Assembly: GCA_963789265.1 (NCBI GenBank)
Contig: CAWBKB010000001.1
Coordinates: 640,001 to 704,000 of the forward strand
DNA length: 64,000 nt
Origin: an uncultured delta proteobacterium
GTDB lineage: Bacteria > Desulfobacterota > Desulfomonilia > Desulfomonilales > Desulfomonilaceae
Reading direction: 5' to 3'
The notes beneath the pieces are model-generated. The model was not told where the DNA came from. It ran no database searches and was given only the letters and a program-made list of their open reading frames with translations. Positions within the stretch are counted from its first letter, which is position 1. Each line of letters starts with the position of its first letter. A program made the position numbers and the translations under genes. Of the stretch, positions 39,821-50,400 are shown piece by piece.

Positions 39821-40186
39821 CTATCGCGAATAGATCTGACGCTGTCTATTCTGTTGCTGCCACAACAACCACTGCTGGCGGTCATTGATTTGTCTGGCCC
39901 GTTCCTGTCGCTGCCATATAAGCAACTGTTGGCGGTCGCTCATTTGTCTGGCCTGCTCCTGTTGTTGCCATTGCAGCCTCTGTTGGCGTTCGCTCGCCCG
40001 CCTTGCCTGTTCTTGCGCCTGCCATTGCAGCCATTGTTGGCGCTGGTACATTTGCCGCATCTGTTCCCCTTGAAGCCACGGCTGCGTCTGGGCTGCAATT
40101 GTAGTGGCTGAAATCGAAAAGGCAATGGTGAGTACGAGAATGATTCCCGACAGACGTGTCGCCAATTTCCCTCTTGTTGTTCTCAT
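39821..40186 (-). CDS. Exported Gln/Trp/Arg-rich protein with four 18-aa repeats
   Basis: AAGAGG RBS, signal peptide, then RQMYQRQQWLQWQAQEQA / RRASERQQRLQWQQQEQA / RQMSDRQQLLIWQRQERA / RQINDRQQWLLWQQQNRQ. Confidence 0.7.
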   Translation of the reverse strand: MRTTRGKLATRLSGIILVLTIAFSISATTIAAQTQPWLQGEQMRQMYQRQQWLQWQAQEQARRASERQQRLQWQQQEQARQMSDRQQLLIWQRQERARQINDRQQWLLWQQQNRQRQIYSR

Positions 40187-40665
40187 GTTTGTGCCTCTTG
40201 CCTGTTAACCGCATCCCGCCTATGTGCAGACATTCCGCTTCTCGGTGCGCCTCCAGCAGAATGCACATACCGAGACCAAGTGGCTACTATCACAAATCCC
40301 GTTTGAGTTCAGCAACTAATCGGAGCCGATTCACACCGGGGGCACAGATTTGTAATACCGATGCGCTTTCAAAGAGGTGAGAATGGGCCGGTAGCAAACG
40401 GCACTGACCTGAGCACCATCATGGCGCCAGGTCAGTGGCACCCAACATCCAGTCAAGATCGGGTCCCGGGTGCCATCCCGCGTCCCGCGGGAGGCTTTGT
40501 CAGATCCGTGCCGTATTTCCTTGATTGTTCAGCGTTTGATCGCTCACTGGTATAAGGCGGCATTTCCTAAAAGCGGAAAATGATGCGAAGAACCTGGGAA
40601 AAAACGCTAGAATTGCCATGAAAACCTGTTATAGTACATTTTAGCGGTAGTGTTGGGACCTGGAG

Positions 40666-41388
40666 ATGGAAAGGCGCTTAATCATGTTACCCATCTGTAA
40701 TCCAATGCGGTCCGGCGCCGTGACCGGGAATGGACGAGCGCGAATCCTCGTTCGAGGAGTAATCTCGGTAGCATTTCTACTCTTGATCTTTGGCTTGCCC
40801 GATCTTTGCTTTTCCTGGACGGGCAGGGTGACGGAGGTTCTTCGCGGGGACTGGATAAAGGTAATACGGGACAACGGGAAGGTGGAGGCCGTCCGCCTTT
40901 ACGGAATTCACAGCCCCGGGGAAACACAGGCATTCGGGAATATGGCCAAGCGCTATACCGTCGGCCGTGTTTTGGGTAAGGTAGTTGACGTGCACCCCCT
41001 GATACGCGATCAGTTTGACAGAGTCATAGCCTGGGTTTTTGTGGACGGCAAGTGCCTGAACAAGGAACTCTTGAGACAAGGAATGACATGGTGGTACCGT
41101 AAGTTTTTGCCGTTTGAAACGAGTTTGGCAAAGCTGGAAGAAGGTGCCAGGAAAGCTGGGATAGGACTATGGGCGGACCCGCATCCCGTGCCGCCCTGGG
41201 AATTCAATGCCTTGTCGCCGAGTGTCCCGGCCGCTCCGGAAAAACATTCCACTATCGGGAGACGAGGGTCGGTAGCAGACGCTATCAGGGCTCAAACAGG
41301 GCCGGTTCGAAATCTGTTCGGAAAACAGGGCTCAGTGCGGGAACGACTTTCCGGACACAGGATCTCGGGCCAAGGAGGAACTCAGTAG
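40666..41388 (+). CDS. Thermonuclease (SNase-like) family protein, exported
   Basis: VRLYGIHSP..QAFG, DQFDRVIA, LNKELLRQG and ARKAGIGLWAD..PPWEF. Some usual acidic residues are altered (RGDW, GIHSPG). The start is uncertain. Confidence 0.85.
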   Translation: MERRLIMLPICNPMRSGAVTGNGRARILVRGVISVAFLLLIFGLPDLCFSWTGRVTEVLRGDWIKVIRDNGKVEAVRLYGIHSPGETQAFGNMAKRYTVGRVLGKVVDVHPLIRDQFDRVIAWVFVDGKCLNKELLRQGMTWWYRKFLPFETSLAKLEEGARKAGIGLWADPHPVPPWEFNALSPSVPAAPEKHSTIGRRGSVADAIRAQTGPVRNLFGKQGSVRERLSGHRISGQGGTQ

Positions 41389-41680
41389 TCTTCGTCCGTC
41401 TGCAAGTTCAATTGTTTCAAGGCCGCCGCACATTCATTTAGCGCTGTTGCTTTAAGAAAGCGGTATTATTCTCTTTACAACCCGATCGTACACTTCATTG
41501 AAAGCGAAATAGCATCGGCTCATATTCACCAGACATCGGATTGGTATCGCTGTTATGCAGAAGAGGCATGGCCGTACGGTCCGAGGCCCAAGCGTTTCGT
41601 CATCATGAGCGTGCCGGTCGCTTGTTAGGCGGTGATGCCCTCCTTTCCGAGCTTGAGTCAATCCGAAGTTGTCTTCCTTG

Positions 41681-42997
41681 CTACTTCCTTGGTAATGCGC
41701 CGTTATTGTCCTGTTTCAACTTGTCCTCACTTTCCAAGCATGTTGCCAACGCATCCAACACGCTTTGGTAAGCCTCGTCGGTCGACGTACCACCGGGTAC
41801 CGGATTTGATCCGAATTTGGCAACAACCATTCGGGCTTTCGGATCTATGTATAGGCGCTGGCCGTACACACCTCTCGCCATGTAAGCGCCGTTAGGGTTG
41901 TTCATTACCCACCACTGGCTTCGGTACGACCAATTAGCCACCGTGGATTTATCGGTATCCGGAATTGCTTTGCAATGATCTCCACCGTTGGTTATGTCCT
42001 CAACAACACTCTTCGGAACCACCTGTTGCCCGTTCCAATTCCCCATTTGCCTCATCATTTCCCCAAAACGAGCAAAGTCGCGCAGAGTCACGTTCAGTCC
42101 GCCGAATGCCGCCTCCTTCCCTAACCGGTCCACAAGGTAGTAGGCATCGCGGTCAGTTCCAATCTTGCTCCATATCAGCTCTGATACTAGCTCGGACAGC
42201 GACTTGCCCGAAACCTTGCTTACGACCCATGCCAGTACGTCGGCGTTTGGGGACTTGTAACGCACGCACTTGCCATTTGATTGTTCCGATTCTTTCAAGT
42301 TCTGGAGAGCCTCATAAAGATTAGACTGCCCCTGACACTCCTGCGGGCCGGGAATCCACCAGTTGGCTGCGGCCAGATAGCAGCGGATGCAGCGGATGTC
42401 AGATTGAGGGTTCGTTGTGTAATCTTCCAAGAACTTGACATCGACGCGCATATCCATGACCTGTCTGATCGTCGCGTTGCCATAAGCCGAATGAGCAAGT
42501 TCAGGAACGTATTGTGAAACGGGCGCGTTTTCGTCGATCACACCTTCCGATATCATGACAGCCGCAACCAATCCCACGAATGATTTGCTTGCAGAGAAGA
42601 GCAGGTGGCAGGTTTCAGGTCTCATGCACCTTGCATAATGCTCGTAGACGATCCTACCCTTGTGCAGTACAATAACGGCATCGGTGTAGTCGTCAAACTT
42701 CAATTTATCGATCTGTTTCCGGGCCTTGGGCAATGCTACAAGGCATGTGCCTCGATCTACCTGTTTGGTAGGAACAAGTTCGCGGGTATGCTGGTAGGAC
42801 CAGGTGGTGTTAGGGGGCAGGAGCCAGTTCGTTTTCTCCGCAGTAACTGTAACTCGCTTTTCAGGAAGCGGATGAAAACCCTGCATCAATTTTTCAGGGT
42901 CACAATTTGCCGGGTGACTCAGTTCCAGGGGTGCCTGTGCGGCCACTTCGCAGGCGATCAGTACGAGAACGCAAATCATTGTGCCCGCTCGTTTCAT
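41681..42997 (-). CDS. Serine hydrolase, beta-lactamase class C / NylB-like, exported
   Basis: FSASKS (SxxK), YKSPNADVL and ARGVYGQRLYIDP; signal peptide. Confidence 0.88.
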   Translation of the reverse strand: MKRAGTMICVLVLIACEVAAQAPLELSHPANCDPEKLMQGFHPLPEKRVTVTAEKTNWLLPPNTTWSYQHTRELVPTKQVDRGTCLVALPKARKQIDKLKFDDYTDAVIVLHKGRIVYEHYARCMRPETCHLLFSASKSFVGLVAAVMISEGVIDENAPVSQYVPELAHSAYGNATIRQVMDMRVDVKFLEDYTTNPQSDIRCIRCYLAAANWWIPGPQECQGQSNLYEALQNLKESEQSNGKCVRYKSPNADVLAWVVSKVSGKSLSELVSELIWSKIGTDRDAYYLVDRLGKEAAFGGLNVTLRDFARFGEMMRQMGNWNGQQVVPKSVVEDITNGGDHCKAIPDTDKSTVANWSYRSQWWVMNNPNGAYMARGVYGQRLYIDPKARMVVAKFGSNPVPGGTSTDEAYQSVLDALATCLESEDKLKQDNNGALPRK

Positions 42998-43261
42998 GAT
43001 TTCCCTCCCTCTTTTCCAGCATGCAACATTGGGGATGATGTTGAATATGGACGTACGACACCGCAGGCACAGTCAGAGCAATCCAAAAATCACTGTGCGC
43101 ATTAAGCCCGGATCTGGTGTCAAAACCTGCCCGAAATTTGGGACAAGGGGCAGGCCGGGGCAAGCCATCGGCTCACCCGACAGGAAAAGACGCTTCACTA
43201 TTGACGGCCTTTTTTGACCGATAGTGTTTTCGGGGCGCCCGTTTGAATCTTCCTGCACAGT

Positions 43262-43591
43262 CTAGGCAAGGTCCTTGAGTTCGTCCACATCCACCGCGTG
43301 ATAGAAATTAGCCTCAATGCCCGTATTGGAGATAATCTCCGAGCAATAGCGATGCAGTCCTCGCATATTCTTGGCTAAGCCAACGACGAGAAGAGTCCTC
43401 GCGCCGACCAGACTGTAAGCCCGGGTGTGTTTCGGAACGATCTCCGTTTCGGCTAGTAAGTGATTAAAATCAAGCCACTTACCGAACCTCTCGCGGGCCA
43501 CTTCATCTTCCTGGGAAGTCCAGGTGAATATGGCGGCAAAACGGTAATACGCGCCGTCCAAAAGCTGCTTTTCATCTGATGGCACTCCCAT
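43262..43591 (-). CDS. Hypothetical protein
   Basis: 109-aa ORF with an AAGGAG RBS; alpha/beta pattern but no motif I can name with confidence. Confidence 0.6.
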   Translation of the reverse strand: MGVPSDEKQLLDGAYYRFAAIFTWTSQEDEVARERFGKWLDFNHLLAETEIVPKHTRAYSLVGARTLLVVGLAKNMRGLHRYCSEIISNTGIEANFYHAVDVDELKDLA

Positions 43592-43655
43592 GATCCTAAT
43601 TCTCCTTTCAGTTGTTTCTAACTTCACAATGGGCAGATGCAGGGACAGTTTTTGG

Positions 43656-46600
43656 TTAACTCTGTGTGCGACCAGTCTCTATTCTGCGGCACCATCCTTC
43701 GGCGCCACATTGGCTGAACAGCGAAAGGGACCTGGTTAAATAATCGCTCTCCTGGTCCGGCCGACCACGTAATCTCAGTAATTGAGCCAAGACCATGCAA
43801 TCGCTGGCTAGATCCCACTTCATCCCAGCTTCCTCGTGCTTGATTATCGCTGTCTGAAGCCAGGATTCAGCTTCTTCAAAGTGGGCTTCACCTAGATGTA
43901 AGAGGATCTCGGCCAGGTGACGCGCCATTGTTCCGTAGTACAACTTCAGCTTGGTGTTTGTCAGGAGTTTCACCAGGGATGGGACGTCCGGATCCGTTTC
44001 CCCGTCGGCCATGATAGCCCTGGCCAGGGCCATCCTGTTAAGGTTTGCACAAGAAGCAAGCACTCCCGTCTGCTCGCGAAACTCAATGGCTTTTTGATGG
44101 TGGGCACAGGACTTCTTATAATCGCCCTTTTCAAAATAGGTGTACCCTAAGGCCTGATGGCCGACCGCCGGAATAGGATGGTATTCGCAAAGGTCTATTC
44201 CTTTGAGCAGATGCTCTTCCGCTGCTGTGAAAAGCCCTTTGTAAAAACAGGAGATCCCATGGCAGACGTACGCGTGGGCACGTGAATGGATGTCCCCGCT
44301 GTTTTCGGCTATTTCCAGGGCCTTGAGACTCGTAGCAAAACCCTCCTCCACTTTGCCCTGGCTGTTATGCGCGTAGTAACTCAGATGACTGTAAAACGCG
44401 GAAGCCGCCCAAAGGTTCCGAGCGGCTTCCAGTATCCGGATGGCTTTGCGAATGCTTTTGGCTCCGCTATCAAATTGACAGTTCAAGCACAGGGACTCCC
44501 CGTAGTAGAAATGGGCCATGATAGCCGACCGCGCATCCCTCGCCTCCTCGGCACTTTGTACGGCCTTTTGTAAGAGTTCCAGTCCCTGTGGAGGATCCTC
44601 CTCTATTGCACACTGGTAGGCGCCCAATATAAAGTAGATCTGGCCAAGCCGGTTCTTGTGATTGCTTTGCGCGGTCATTTCTATTATTGGCTCTATGGCT
44701 TCTTTAGCCTCTGCAAGACGACCGGCCGTGAACAAAGTCTGACCTTTCCAGATCCTGGTATCGATTAATTGTAATTGAACCTCCGGCGTTGAAGGCAAGC
44801 TCTCCAACCCAACGATCCTCTTTTGGGCGTACGAAATCGCCGAAGGAACAGCGGCCTGAGAGAACGCTCTCTCAGAGGCAAGTCTTGAATAGTCCGCGCT
44901 TTTTTGAAAATCCTCTCCGAGCATAAAATGGTCTGCCAAAGTGCCGCAGTGACTATCGAGGCTGTCCGGATACAGATCTTCGACAGATTTGCCGATCTTT
45001 TGGTGGAGCAGTTTCTTTCTACTGGTCAGTATAGAGTCGTAGACAACCTCGCGTGTGATTGCGTGTCTGAAAATGTATGTCGACTCAGGAAAAATCCCCC
45101 GTTCATAGACAAGTTCCGCATACATGAGAGCAGATAGATAGGAGAGCAGTGTGGGTTCCGGCAATTCCGTTACCGCCTTTATCAACTTGAAACCAAACTC
45201 TCGGCCTACTGCTGACGCAGCCTGAAGCACCTCCTTCGGAGAATCCGGCAACGAATCTACCCGGGCCATTACCGTGTCTTGGATTGTGGAAGGGATAGCC
45301 ACGCGGTCCACGCCCTCCGCCAAGTGGTACGATTCGTTCCGCTTTATGATTTCCATGTCTTTAAGTGCTCTGACAAACTCTTCGATAAAGAAAGGTACTC
45401 CTTCTGTTTTTTCCAATATCAGATCGACGAGATCCATTGCGACGTCGTCGCTGCCCAGAATGTGCGATACCATAGCGAGGCTTTCTCGGTTGGACAGGCG
45501 GTTGAGAGTGAGTGAATTGTGAAAGGACTTGCCTCCCCACGTGTGAACAAATTCAGGCCGATAGGTGAGTATCATCATAATCTTGGCAAGTGGAACACTC
45601 TCCAGCAAGTACTTGGCCGACTCTTCCGAGCTCTTGTCTGTCCAGTGCAGGTCTTCAAAAGCTAATATCAGCGGTCTTCTTTCCGATCCTTTCACGATCA
45701 ACCGTTGCAGAGACTGGAGAATCCGGTCCTTCTTGCCGGCCGGGCTCATAGAGATACTATCGATTCCGCTATCTTTGACGGATAGGAGATCCAAAAGATA
45801 CGGCAGGGTAGAAGTCTCCTCGATCCCCAACGCGGCCAGCCCGCCTTTGACCTTATCTGTCACGTCCGCATCCGTGTCCATGTCCTCCACACTGAAGTTC
45901 GATTTCAGCATGTCCACGATCGGATGATAGGCGCTCTCCCGGCAATAAGAGAGGCACCTCCCTTCCAGAAACAAAATGTTTTCGTTTGCCACGGCCTTCC
46001 TGAATTCATACAGGAGCCTCGATTTTCCAACGCCGGCTTCGCCGATGACGGAAACCGCCTGGCCGTGGCCTGCTTTTGCTTGCTCAAAACTCTCAAGGAG
46101 AAGGTCAAGCTCTCGCTGCCTCCCGATAAAGTAAGTCAACCCACGCTCCGCACTCACATCAAATCTGGTCCTTCTCGTACTTGGAGCGAGCACACGGTAG
46201 ATCTTGACCGGCTTCTTCTTTCCTTTTACTCGTCGCTCGCCCAGGGCTTCAAACCGGAAGAACCCTTCGGTAGGCTTGAAGGTCTCTTCGGTTACATAGG
46301 TTGTCCCGGGCTCCGCCAACTGCTCCATCCTCGCCGCCATATTGATCGTGTCGCCGACTGCCGTAAACTGGACACGAAGATCGTTGCCCAGACTGCCAAC
46401 CACCACCGGGCCGGTGTTTATGCCTATGCGGACCAAGAGGGGAGGAATTCCTTTCGCGTCTCTTAACTTTTCACTGAACCTGATCATCTCGCGGTGGATC
46501 GCCAGAGATGACCGTATAGCCCGCTGAGGAGCGTCTTCCAAAGCTATGGGAGACCCAAACAGTGCTAAGATCCCATCTCCCCTTAATTCATTTACAGTCC

Positions 46601-47024
46601 CTTCAAAATCGTTGACGCAGTTTATAAGGATTTCGAAAACCTGATCCATCAGGGCGAAGGTATCCTCCGGCCCCAGGCTTTCCGCAAGCGGCGTGAAGCC
46701 TTTCATGTCAACGAACATTATGGTGACCTGTCTACGCTCACCTTCTATTTTGTCTCTTTGGGTAAGGATCTTTTCCGTGAGGCCGCCGGGTAGGTAGCGC
46801 TGGATCTTCGTCAGCTTTTCATCGAAAGAGAGAGGTCGTTGAGTTCGGGGATCCTGGAGTGAGATCAGAGTATGACCGCACCGGCCACAGGATTTGGACT
46901 CCGGAGGATAGGAGGAGTTGCATTGGGGGCAGAACAGATCCAGCCTGGCACCGCAATTGCCGCAGAAGTTCATTCCCGCAGGATTCTCAAACCGGCAGTT
47001 CCGGCACTGCATAAGTTCCCCCAC
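43656..47024 (-). CDS. Double zinc ribbon - class III cyclase - P-loop ATPase - TPR protein
   Basis: Four CxxC motifs at the N-terminus; FVDMKGFT, GDG and VGDTINMAARME (cyclase); GEAGVGKSRL and FEDLHW (ATPase); TEGVPFF; helical-repeat C-terminus. Confidence 0.93.
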   Translation of the reverse strand: MGELMQCRNCRFENPAGMNFCGNCGARLDLFCPQCNSSYPPESKSCGRCGHTLISLQDPRTQRPLSFDEKLTKIQRYLPGGLTEKILTQRDKIEGERRQVTIMFVDMKGFTPLAESLGPEDTFALMDQVFEILINCVNDFEGTVNELRGDGILALFGSPIALEDAPQRAIRSSLAIHREMIRFSEKLRDAKGIPPLLVRIGINTGPVVVGSLGNDLRVQFTAVGDTINMAARMEQLAEPGTTYVTEETFKPTEGFFRFEALGERRVKGKKKPVKIYRVLAPSTRRTRFDVSAERGLTYFIGRQRELDLLLESFEQAKAGHGQAVSVIGEAGVGKSRLLYEFRKAVANENILFLEGRCLSYCRESAYHPIVDMLKSNFSVEDMDTDADVTDKVKGGLAALGIEETSTLPYLLDLLSVKDSGIDSISMSPAGKKDRILQSLQRLIVKGSERRPLILAFEDLHWTDKSSEESAKYLLESVPLAKIMMILTYRPEFVHTWGGKSFHNSLTLNRLSNRESLAMVSHILGSDDVAMDLVDLILEKTEGVPFFIEEFVRALKDMEIIKRNESYHLAEGVDRVAIPSTIQDTVMARVDSLPDSPKEVLQAASAVGREFGFKLIKAVTELPEPTLLSYLSALMYAELVYERGIFPESTYIFRHAITREVVYDSILTSRKKLLHQKIGKSVEDLYPDSLDSHCGTLADHFMLGEDFQKSADYSRLASERAFSQAAVPSAISYAQKRIVGLESLPSTPEVQLQLIDTRIWKGQTLFTAGRLAEAKEAIEPIIEMTAQSNHKNRLGQIYFILGAYQCAIEEDPPQGLELLQKAVQSAEEARDARSAIMAHFYYGESLCLNCQFDSGAKSIRKAIRILEAARNLWAASAFYSHLSYYAHNSQGKVEEGFATSLKALEIAENSGDIHSRAHAYVCHGISCFYKGLFTAAEEHLLKGIDLCEYHPIPAVGHQALGYTYFEKGDYKKSCAHHQKAIEFREQTGVLASCANLNRMALARAIMADGETDPDVPSLVKLLTNTKLKLYYGTMARHLAEILLHLGEAHFEEAESWLQTAIIKHEEAGMKWDLASDCMVLAQLLRLRGRPDQESDYLTRSLSLFSQCGAEGWCRRIETGRTQS

Positions 47025-47204
47025 TAGCCCGTGAAGAGAGAGCCCGCCGTTATGATGGTTGAACTCTTATAGAAAACAAGACGCTGAAATGAATAAAATC
47101 TATACTTCCCCCAGGCCACACAAATTAATTTATCAGATGGATATACTTTCGTCAATAAAAGTTACGGCAAACCAGTAACCATTAACTTACAGGGCGCGAT
47201 AGCT

Positions 47205-47354
47205 TGTCATTGCGAGCGTAGCGAAGCAATCTCACAATAGTCAGACAGGAGATTGCTTCGTCTTTGCACTCTTCGCAATGACAGTGTCGATCAAATCAGC
47301 CAAAAATTTTGTCATTTGGTATAGATTGCTTAGTCGTTTCGCTCCTCGCTATCA
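47205..47354. repeat. TGTCATTGCGAG REP-like pair plus a degenerate third unit
   Basis: TGTCATTGCGAGCGTAGCGAAGCAATCT ... AGATTGCTTCGTC..CGCAATGACA. Confidence 0.7.
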
Positions 47355-47440
47355 CAAGTAATCGGATATGCCTCGCCTAAGTGTCGCAAACCGCTTGCGA
47401 TGCTCCGTGCAACTTTTATCAACCGTATGATTTCGAAAGA

Positions 47441-50400
47441 CTATGCCGAAATCCAGCGTAACACCATATCTCGTACCAGCATCACCGTTTGCCCCTCCTT
47501 GTCTACTCCCCGGGCGGTCCATACGAATCCCTCGTCGTTGCGATCGGTTATACGGCCCTCGAGCACAATAGACTCGGCGTTTACACATTTACGGGAGAAG
47601 ACTATCTCTCCGATCCTGTAGGGGATCACTTTTCCGTAGTCTTTCAGCGGCTGTTCATGACGATATTCACGGCTGCCGGCCTTAATGAACGTCCGGTTTC
47701 TAGGCAGGCGCGAGCCCCTGGAGAATTTCTTTCTTTTAGGTGCGACGCTTTCGTGACCGTCAGCAGACTTGCCGGTAGCGGCCAGCAGACGTTTCTGGTG
47801 CTTTCTGCGCATCTCGATGTAGAAGTTGCCGCACATTTGCATCAGCGCCTCCAGGAGATATGGGGAGTACCGATAACAGGTTCGCAGAGGAGGCGCGAAA
47901 TCTTCGCTCTCGTGATATATTAAGCGTGCCCGAACAGCATCGGGCCCGGTGCCGTCCACGCTCTCAAGCACCCTATACCTGCCCTGGTGCAAGCTATCGC
48001 GATACGATTTCAATACCGTTTCATGATTGATAGGTCTACCGTCCAGCTCCTCCTCCCTGACAGGCAAGATCCCGCAATCCACAGAGGAGAATACGGTTTC
48101 GGGACCCAGAATCACTTTCGATTTATAGTTCAAAGTTGTCCGATCTATGACGCGTCCGGTGGGGGAGATCTCGCTGCTGACAAGAGAGGCCTCGCAGACG
48201 ATTTCTCCCGCACTGGAAGGAATTCGGCGGCAGACAATCTCCGAGTGCCGTCCGATACCGCGTGGGCATTCCAGGATGTCCAGAAACTCGATCTCACGTA
48301 TGGCCCGAACCGATAAGTGAGGATATAGCATCCGCGCGGCCTCCATAAAAGCCTCAACAACCATAATTGCCGAGACTAGTTGGTGTTTCACGAACGCGAA
48401 CGGCTTGTGGTCCTCGAGCCAAATATCCTTTTCAAGTGAAAACACCTTCTCGGCGTGCAATTCTCCTTTAACCAGGTCAACCTTAGTGATGGAGTCAATC
48501 ATAGGATACCGATCTCTTGGGAACAGCGCGGTTCCGGACTCCATTTGTCGGTTGGCTGAAGGAGACGTTGACGAATCCAGCAGAACGCTCGGAGCATGGG
48601 GGAGGGACCGCATAAAAAGGACCCAAGCGTCATCCGTTCCCATTGCCAATTCCCTGCCGAACAGAGCAGCCAATTCTTCCACATGCACGTAGCTCGCATT
48701 TACTCTTTGCATCAACTTTCGAATTTCGGGATCGTCAGCCATGCCGACCCCTTCAATTGGCGGGAGCATCAGGGATTTGCACATAAGGGAAGGGGTTTGT
48801 GACCGGAGTTGGGATACCAATCCGGACATCGCTCTGTTTCCGGCCGCGTAATTGACTTGCCCGGGATTTCCCATGACTGCCGACACTGAAGAAAGGCATA
48901 CGAAGAATTTGAGTCCGGCATTCTTGGCCGCTAAGAACAAGTTCCAGGCCCCGCGTAATTTCACATCCACAACCCCGGAGAAGTCTTCACAGGTCATTCG
49001 CTCGGCAAGAGTATCCTTTAGGATGCCGGCACCGTGAACAATGCCGTCTATCTTCCCGTAGCGCTCCAAGATTTGCGCGATGACCCGTTTAGTCCTTTCG
49101 GCGTCGGTCACATCACAAGTGTAGTAATTGGCGTCAACTCCGGCAGATCGTAGTTCCTCCACATTGCGGACGATATCGAGACTTTTCAGGGTCGATGCCT
49201 TGTGCAGGCCGCCCTGGGGAATAACGTCAGAGAGTGATCGCGGGCAATCAATATCCGGGTCGAGTGTTGTCCGACCAAGGAAGATTAATTTACATCCAAG
49301 GGGCGCGAGGATACGTGCCAGTCGATACGTTATGCCGCCAGCTCCGCCGGAGAGAATAACTACGTCTTCTCGAGCCACACCCCGGCGACCGGCCTCGTTG
49401 AATGAGCTTAAGGCCGGCTGCCATTCCCTGGTAAGAACCTTTCCGTTTCTGAATATGATCTCCAGGACCGGCTGGTTTCTGTCGAGGGCTACATTTGCGA
49501 GCGCAGACCAATCCGTATGTTCATCCGTCTGTACTGCACGGAACTGGACGGAAGGATACTCATGGGTGAGGGAGAGAAACATTCCTTGGACTCCTTCGTA
49601 AAGAAGGGTTCCCATTCCGTCAGGCGCAACACCCTCGCGTATAAAAGTGGCAAATTTCTTTGCGGACGAATTTAGAAACGCTTTCAAGACTTCGAACAGC
49701 CCGCAAAGCAGTTTGGATACATCATCAATCCCCTTCACCTTCATCGACAGGAGGTCGTCAAATACGAAGATAATCCCGGCCAGAGACTCCACTTTCGCGA
49801 GCCTGTCCGCAGCCTTTGCCACACTCTCCATTTGACGAAGATCAAATCCTCTGCCGTCTCCGACCTCTTCAAGCGATCCGAATTTCAGATGCCTATCGCT
49901 GCGATCTTTCACAAAAGCCGTTAGAATTTCGCCGCCTCTGTTTGCCTCTTTCCTCGTTGTAAAGACAGCTACCGAATCGCGCCCGGTCAGGTGAATAGTT
50001 TGTGTAGATCCTTGTGGCAAAGACACTTCTTTGCAGACGAGTCGGCGCACAGGCCGTTGATCTTCCCGGCTCGAAGTCTCCGCGTCAGTCCCGGCAATCG
50101 GAGACTCGCGAGTTGGTTTCCGCGTTGATGGCGTTTCTTTCAGCCTATCCGGGGAGACTATCCCTCGAAGTATGTTGGCAAAATCGGCTACAGTCCGGAC
50201 ATCGGAGAAATCTTTCAAGCGAATTTGGATACCGAAGTACCTTTCGGTCTTGTCTACCAGGACTGGAAGTCGGCTGGATCGTATAGAGAGATCTTCTTTG
50301 AGATCCATGGAAGGTTCGATCTCGTTTCTTTCGTACCCCGTCGCATCCATTACGATACGTATAACCGCTTCCGTAAGTTCATCCGTATCTGGCGGAAAAG

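Noticed and set aside
39840..40070. 54-bp periodicity read as a CRISPR array
   Set aside because: The units are degenerate in-frame coding repeats with no unique spacers, and there are no cas genes.
40666..42997. Nuclease plus beta-lactamase-like hydrolase read as a defence or resistance island
   Set aside because: The genes are convergent and unlinked. The hydrolase is NylB/esterase-like, and nothing supports antibiotic resistance or anti-phage function.
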